Shown: positions 60,108 through 64,000 of the stretch, in pieces
How the letters are laid out: each line of letters opens with the position of its first letter
How positions within the stretch are numbered: position 1 is the stretch's first letter
Source: Syntrophorhabdaceae bacterium
Lineage (GTDB): Bacteria > Desulfobacterota > Syntrophorhabdia > Syntrophorhabdales > Syntrophorhabdaceae
Reading direction: 5' to 3'
Length of the DNA stretch: 64,000 bases
Assembly (NCBI GenBank): GCA_963665295.1
Contig: OY762209.1
Coordinates: forward strand, 2,304,001-2,368,000
Translations under genes and position numbers: made by a program
The notes under the pieces: model-generated
The model's database searches: none
What the model saw: the letters and a program-made list of their open reading frames with translations, nothing else
What the model was told of the DNA's origin: nothing

Positions 60108-62064
60108 CGCGGGAATTTTGATCGTTGAAGATCAACGGGTGATTGCCGAAGAGATCAAACGACGGCTTACGAATCTCGGGTACTCCGTTCTGGGCATTGC
60201 GTGTTGCGGCGAAGAGGCGGTGGCCTTTGTGGATCAAGTGGTCCCGGACCTCGTGCTGATGGATATCGTCATGGAGGGCGGCATGGACGGTGTGGAAACG
60301 GCGGACCGCATTCAATCCCGCTACGACATACCGGTTGTCTATCTCACCGCCCACGCGGATGACGCCACCCTGCGCCGCGCCAGGTTGACAGGACCTCTCG
60401 GCTACCTCGTAAAGCCTTTCAGAGAAAAAGAACTGCATGCCACCGTCGAAACAGCCCTGTACACCCACGAGTTGATGCTGGAGCGGAAAAGGGCCGAGGA
60501 AGAATTGCGGACGTATCGTGAACACCTCGAGGAACTCGTGCTGGAGCGGACGGTCCACCTCAGGGAGGTAAACGATCAACTGGTGCAGGAAAAACTCAGG
60601 TTCCAGGCGATTTCGAAACACGCCTTCCGGCAATCAAAGCTCCTGGAGGCGATCAACAGGCTGCTCAGGGAATCCATGCATGCCGAAACCGCCGAAGACC
60701 TGGCCCGCACGTTCCTTGCGGTGGGAACGGGCCTGACGGGCAGCAGATGCGGCTTTGCCGGTGAATTCACACGATCGGGAGTCTTCACGACCTTTGAAGT
60801 GGTGTGCAGGAAGGCGGGAAGCGCGACCCTCCCGCTCCATAAAGCGACACGACTTGTGCGGGAAATAGAGAACTCCGGGATTCTGAACGAAATTGCGGAG
60901 AAGGGCAAATCGCGGATCGTCAACCTTCCGTCGGAATGGAGGGGTCAGCCATGGCCTTTCCTCCCGATTTCCGAAATATTCTCCTTTATGGGGGTCCCTT
61001 TAAAGAGGCGGGGCCGGCTGGTCGGGCTGGTCGGCTTTGTAAACAAAAGGACCCGCTACACGGATATTGACAAGGAGAATGGAGAGGCCCTTTCGGTGGT
61101 CTTCGCGGAGACTCTGCACCGGAAGTACACGGAACTGGCCTTGAAGGAGAGTCGCGAAATGTTTTCCCTTTTTATGGACCACCTGCCTGCGGCGGCGTTC
61201 ATCAAGGACGCAGGGGGGAATGACCTTTATCGCAATAGGTACATGAAAGGCCTTGTGACGGGCTCAACGCGCTCCATATTTCAGAACGGTGAAGGGGCGG
61301 AACCCCGGGAGGGGGTCTGTCCGCCGGTTGAGCATATCGAGGAAGTGGCCCTTCAGAAGAGCGTTTACGAAGTGCACAGGTTTCCCATAGTGTTTCCGGG
61401 CAACCCCATACTCAAGGGTGGCATCGCCATAGACATCACGGAGCGGAAGAAGGCCGAGGAAGATTTGCAGGGGAGCGTCGAAAAGATGAGGCAGATACTG
61501 GAACAGACAGCAAGCGCCCTTGCATCGGCCCTTGAGAAGAAAGACCCTTACACAGCGGGCCACCAGGAGCGGGTTTCCCTGCTTGCGAGCGCCATCGCAA
61601 AAGAACTTGACCTCCTGGGCTACCAGATAGAAGGATTGCGCGTGGCCGGCATCCTCCACGACATAGGTAAGATATATGTTCCCTCCGAGATCCTGAGCAA
61701 ACCGGGAAAGCTGTCGGTCCCTGAACTTGCCATGGTAAAGTCCCATGTGGAGGCAGGATATGATATCTTGCGGAATGTGGATTTCCCGTGGCCTCTCGCC
61801 CGGATTGTCCTCCAGCACCACGAAAGACTCGACGGGTCAGGATATCCCCAAGGCCTCGCAGGGGAAGACATCATGCTGGAGGCGAAGATCCTTGCCATAG
61901 CGGACGTCGTTGAGGCCATGTCGTCCCATCGTCCTTACAGGCCCTCGAAAGGGGTAGTACCGGCGTTACAGGAGATAGAGACGAACAAAGGCACTCTTTA
62001 CGAACCGGCGGTAGTGGACGCGTGCGCCAGGTTGTTCAATGAGCGGGGTTTTTCATTCGATTAA
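60100..62064 (+). CDS. Response regulator with REC-GAF-PAS-HD-GYP domains (c-di-GMP phosphodiesterase)
   Basis: ILIVED, LMDI, KPF; GAF; KDPYTAGHQ.RV, LHDIGK, HHERLDGSGYP, ADVVEAM..HRPYR. Confidence 0.93.
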   Translation: MANAGILIVEDQRVIAEEIKRRLTNLGYSVLGIACCGEEAVAFVDQVVPDLVLMDIVMEGGMDGVETADRIQSRYDIPVVYLTAHADDATLRRARLTGPLGYLVKPFREKELHATVETALYTHELMLERKRAEEELRTYREHLEELVLERTVHLREVNDQLVQEKLRFQAISKHAFRQSKLLEAINRLLRESMHAETAEDLARTFLAVGTGLTGSRCGFAGEFTRSGVFTTFEVVCRKAGSATLPLHKATRLVREIENSGILNEIAEKGKSRIVNLPSEWRGQPWPFLPISEIFSFMGVPLKRRGRLVGLVGFVNKRTRYTDIDKENGEALSVVFAETLHRKYTELALKESREMFSLFMDHLPAAAFIKDAGGNDLYRNRYMKGLVTGSTRSIFQNGEGAEPREGVCPPVEHIEEVALQKSVYEVHRFPIVFPGNPILKGGIAIDITERKKAEEDLQGSVEKMRQILEQTASALASALEKKDPYTAGHQERVSLLASAIAKELDLLGYQIEGLRVAGILHDIGKIYVPSEILSKPGKLSVPELAMVKSHVEAGYDILRNVDFPWPLARIVLQHHERLDGSGYPQGLAGEDIMLEAKILAIADVVEAMSSHRPYRPSKGVVPALQEIETNKGTLYEPAVVDACARLFNERGFSFD

Positions 62065-62093
62065 GGGAACGGCTCCTGCCCATAGACGAAGCC

Positions 62094-62888
62094 CTACATT
62101 CTGCCGGGCATGACCACGCCCAGGCCGAGGCCCATTCTCAGGTAAAGAAATATTGCGAGCAGCACCATGAGGAATGCGAGGACCGTCCAGTCGCGCCCCC
62201 TCATCGACGGCTCGTAGTAAAGGGTGCGTGTCGAATCAGGGGTAAAGCCCCTTGATTCCAGGGCCATGGCGAGGAGGTTCGTGTAGCGGATGGCGGATAT
62301 GAACATGGGTACCGCGAGGGGGATCAACTTGCCGAGGCGGGTGAAGACGTTCTTCGATTCGAGATCGAGTCCGCGCGATACCTGGGCCTCCACGATGGTC
62401 GCCCCCGCCCCCGCGAAGGTGGGCACGAGGCGGAGCGCCGTGGAAAGGGCGAACGCTACCGGGTAGGGAAGCCGCATCTTGATAAGCCCGTTTGTTAATT
62501 CCTCGTTCTTCGTGGCGGCAAGGAGGAGCAGACCCGCCATCACGAACGTGGCGAGCCTCAGGCCCATGGCAACGCCGAAAAGGAGGGACTCCCGGCTTAT
62601 CGAAAGGAACCTCCACGACCAGAGGGTCGTGGGCCCCTTCGAGAAGAAGGGCCAGAGGAGCGAACTGAATACCACGAGCAGTACGAGTATATACCGGACC
62701 TTCCAGAAGGTCGGGTATACCCGGGCCGAAAAGGCCGCCGCCAGTATCCCGAGGGTCACCCCTGCCACAAAAAGAGGGTGGTTGAATGAGAGGGTCAGGG
62801 CAAAGAGTATGAGGGTGCCTATCAGTTTGGTCCGGGGGTCCAGCCGGTGCAGCCATGAATCCTGATCCAGAAAGAAGGAAACGTTCAT
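62094..62888 (-). CDS. ecfT: ECF transporter transmembrane T component
   Basis: S.LHRLDPRTKL, ALRLVP, AQVSRG, AMALESRGF. Confidence 0.92.
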   Translation of the reverse strand: MNVSFFLDQDSWLHRLDPRTKLIGTLILFALTLSFNHPLFVAGVTLGILAAAFSARVYPTFWKVRYILVLLVVFSSLLWPFFSKGPTTLWSWRFLSISRESLLFGVAMGLRLATFVMAGLLLLAATKNEELTNGLIKMRLPYPVAFALSTALRLVPTFAGAGATIVEAQVSRGLDLESKNVFTRLGKLIPLAVPMFISAIRYTNLLAMALESRGFTPDSTRTLYYEPSMRGRDWTVLAFLMVLLAIFLYLRMGLGLGVVMPGRM

Positions 62889-64000
62889 GGCGCAAGCTCC
62901 CCGGCCATGCCGTCCACGGTGAGGGACTGCGTCCCGAGCCAGTTGCTGAGCCTTGTCAGGGTCGAGGGGATGAGCGATGCCCCGGAGAGTGTCGCCTCAT
63001 CGGCGAAAACCCGGCGTGTGGGCCCATCGGCGACGATCTCCCCCTGCCGCATGACCACTGCCCTCGATGCATATGCTTCGGCGATCCACATGGCGTGGGT
63101 GATGATGACTATGGTGTGGCCGGCGTCATTGAGACTTTTCAGCATATTCATGGCAGCTATCTGGTCCGCGTAGTCAAGGCCCGTGGTAGGCTCATCGAGC
63201 ACGATGACCCGGGGCTTTACCGCGAGGACGGAGGCGACGGCCACACGCTCCCTCTCTCCCCGGGTAAGGACGAAGGGCGACCGGTCCTCGTAACCGGCAA
63301 GGCCCGTGGCGCTCAGGGCGCGCGCCACTCTTTCCCCGATAGCCTGGGATGCCTCTCCCCGGACTTTGAGCCCGAACCCCACCTCCTCACGCACCGTGGA
63401 CGCGAATATCTGGTGGTCGGGGTTCTGGAACACATATCCCACGAGTCCTGCAAGGTCACGTTTCCTGTATGCGCCCGTGGGTTTTCCCTCCACCAGCATG
63501 AGTCCGGAGGCGGGCTTGAGAAGACCGTTCATATGTTTCGCGAGGGTGGTCTTTCCTGAACCGTTTTGCCCGAGTATGGCCACGAACTCTCCTTCGCGGA
63601 TGGAGAGGTTGACGGCCCGAAGCGACTCAACGTCGCTTCCCTCGTAGCGGAAGTGAAGGTCCCGCGCTTCCAGCACGGGAATTCCTCCGCGGGCGGGCGG
63701 TTCTTCGCCTGTATCGACCTGTTTCCGCCGGGAAGCGAGGTTATGGGATGTAATGAGGCCCTTGGCGTCCCCGAAGGTAAGAGGCGCGCCCGGCCAGCCC
63801 AGGGTCTGGAAAAGTGAAACGATGGGCGGCGCCATGACGCCGCAGGATTTGAGAAGCCCGGGGTCGGAAAGGATTTGCGCCGTTGGACCGCTCGCCGCGA
63901 TCCTCCCGTTCCGCATAAGCCACACGCGGTCTGCCTTGATGATGTTCTCAGGCTCGTTGTCCACCATGAGAAGGGTCCGCTTTTGTTCCTTCAGCCTGTC
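62885..64000 (-). CDS. ECF transporter ATPase, probably a fused double ABC domain; 5' end beyond the window
   Basis: End of a first NBD, then GQNGSGKT, VFQNPDHQIF, LTRGE signature, LDEPTTGLD, IITH; frame open to the window edge. Confidence 0.9.
   Translation of the reverse strand, partial: DRLKEQKRTLLMVDNEPENIIKADRVWLMRNGRIAASGPTAQILSDPGLLKSCGVMAPPIVSLFQTLGWPGAPLTFGDAKGLITSHNLASRRKQVDTGEEPPARGGIPVLEARDLHFRYEGSDVESLRAVNLSIREGEFVAILGQNGSGKTTLAKHMNGLLKPASGLMLVEGKPTGAYRKRDLAGLVGYVFQNPDHQIFASTVREEVGFGLKVRGEASQAIGERVARALSATGLAGYEDRSPFVLTRGERERVAVASVLAVKPRVIVLDEPTTGLDYADQIAAMNMLKSLNDAGHTIVIITHAMWIAEAYASRAVVMRQGEIVADGPTRRVFADEATLSGASLIPSTLTRLSNWLGTQSLTVDGMAGELAP

Overview
A 64 kb bacterial chromosome segment, moderately GC-rich. 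Its content (arn lipid A genes, ADP-forming acyl-CoA ligase, double-cubane-type reductase/activase, iron-sulfur flavoprotein, PAS/HD-GYP signalling) points to a Gram-negative anaerobe, plausibly Desulfobacterota/Syntrophorhabdus-like; this taxonomy is inference only. The housekeeping backbone is plsY, priA-murI, trpS, ilvBNC-psd-pssA, secA-argJ, plsC, fabI and an ECF transporter. Accessory material is interleaved: (i) three secreted Cys-rich surface proteins at 0-7 kb; (ii) a DCCP/DCCP-reductase-like pair; (iii) an L-Ara4N (arn) cluster; (iv) a patch after argJ with a ~190-nt imperfect palindrome, an RHH-ParE toxin-antitoxin pair, an FMN-binding protein and a secreted MBL hydrolase; (v) an apparently exported 25-TPR CHAT protease co-encoded with a small secreted protein ending in an Arg|Gly junction plus a 38-aa His/Arg/Cys-rich tail. 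Item (v) is the best candidate for an undescribed system, a protease plus precursor peptide. Also seen: a helicase-dead PriA, a histidine kinase lacking ATP-binding G boxes, an MCP with a C-terminal Cache domain, and three housekeeping genes with leaderless-type promoters. No rRNA, tRNA, CRISPR array, integrase or transposase was recognised. All family calls come from motif recognition by eye, with no database searches.
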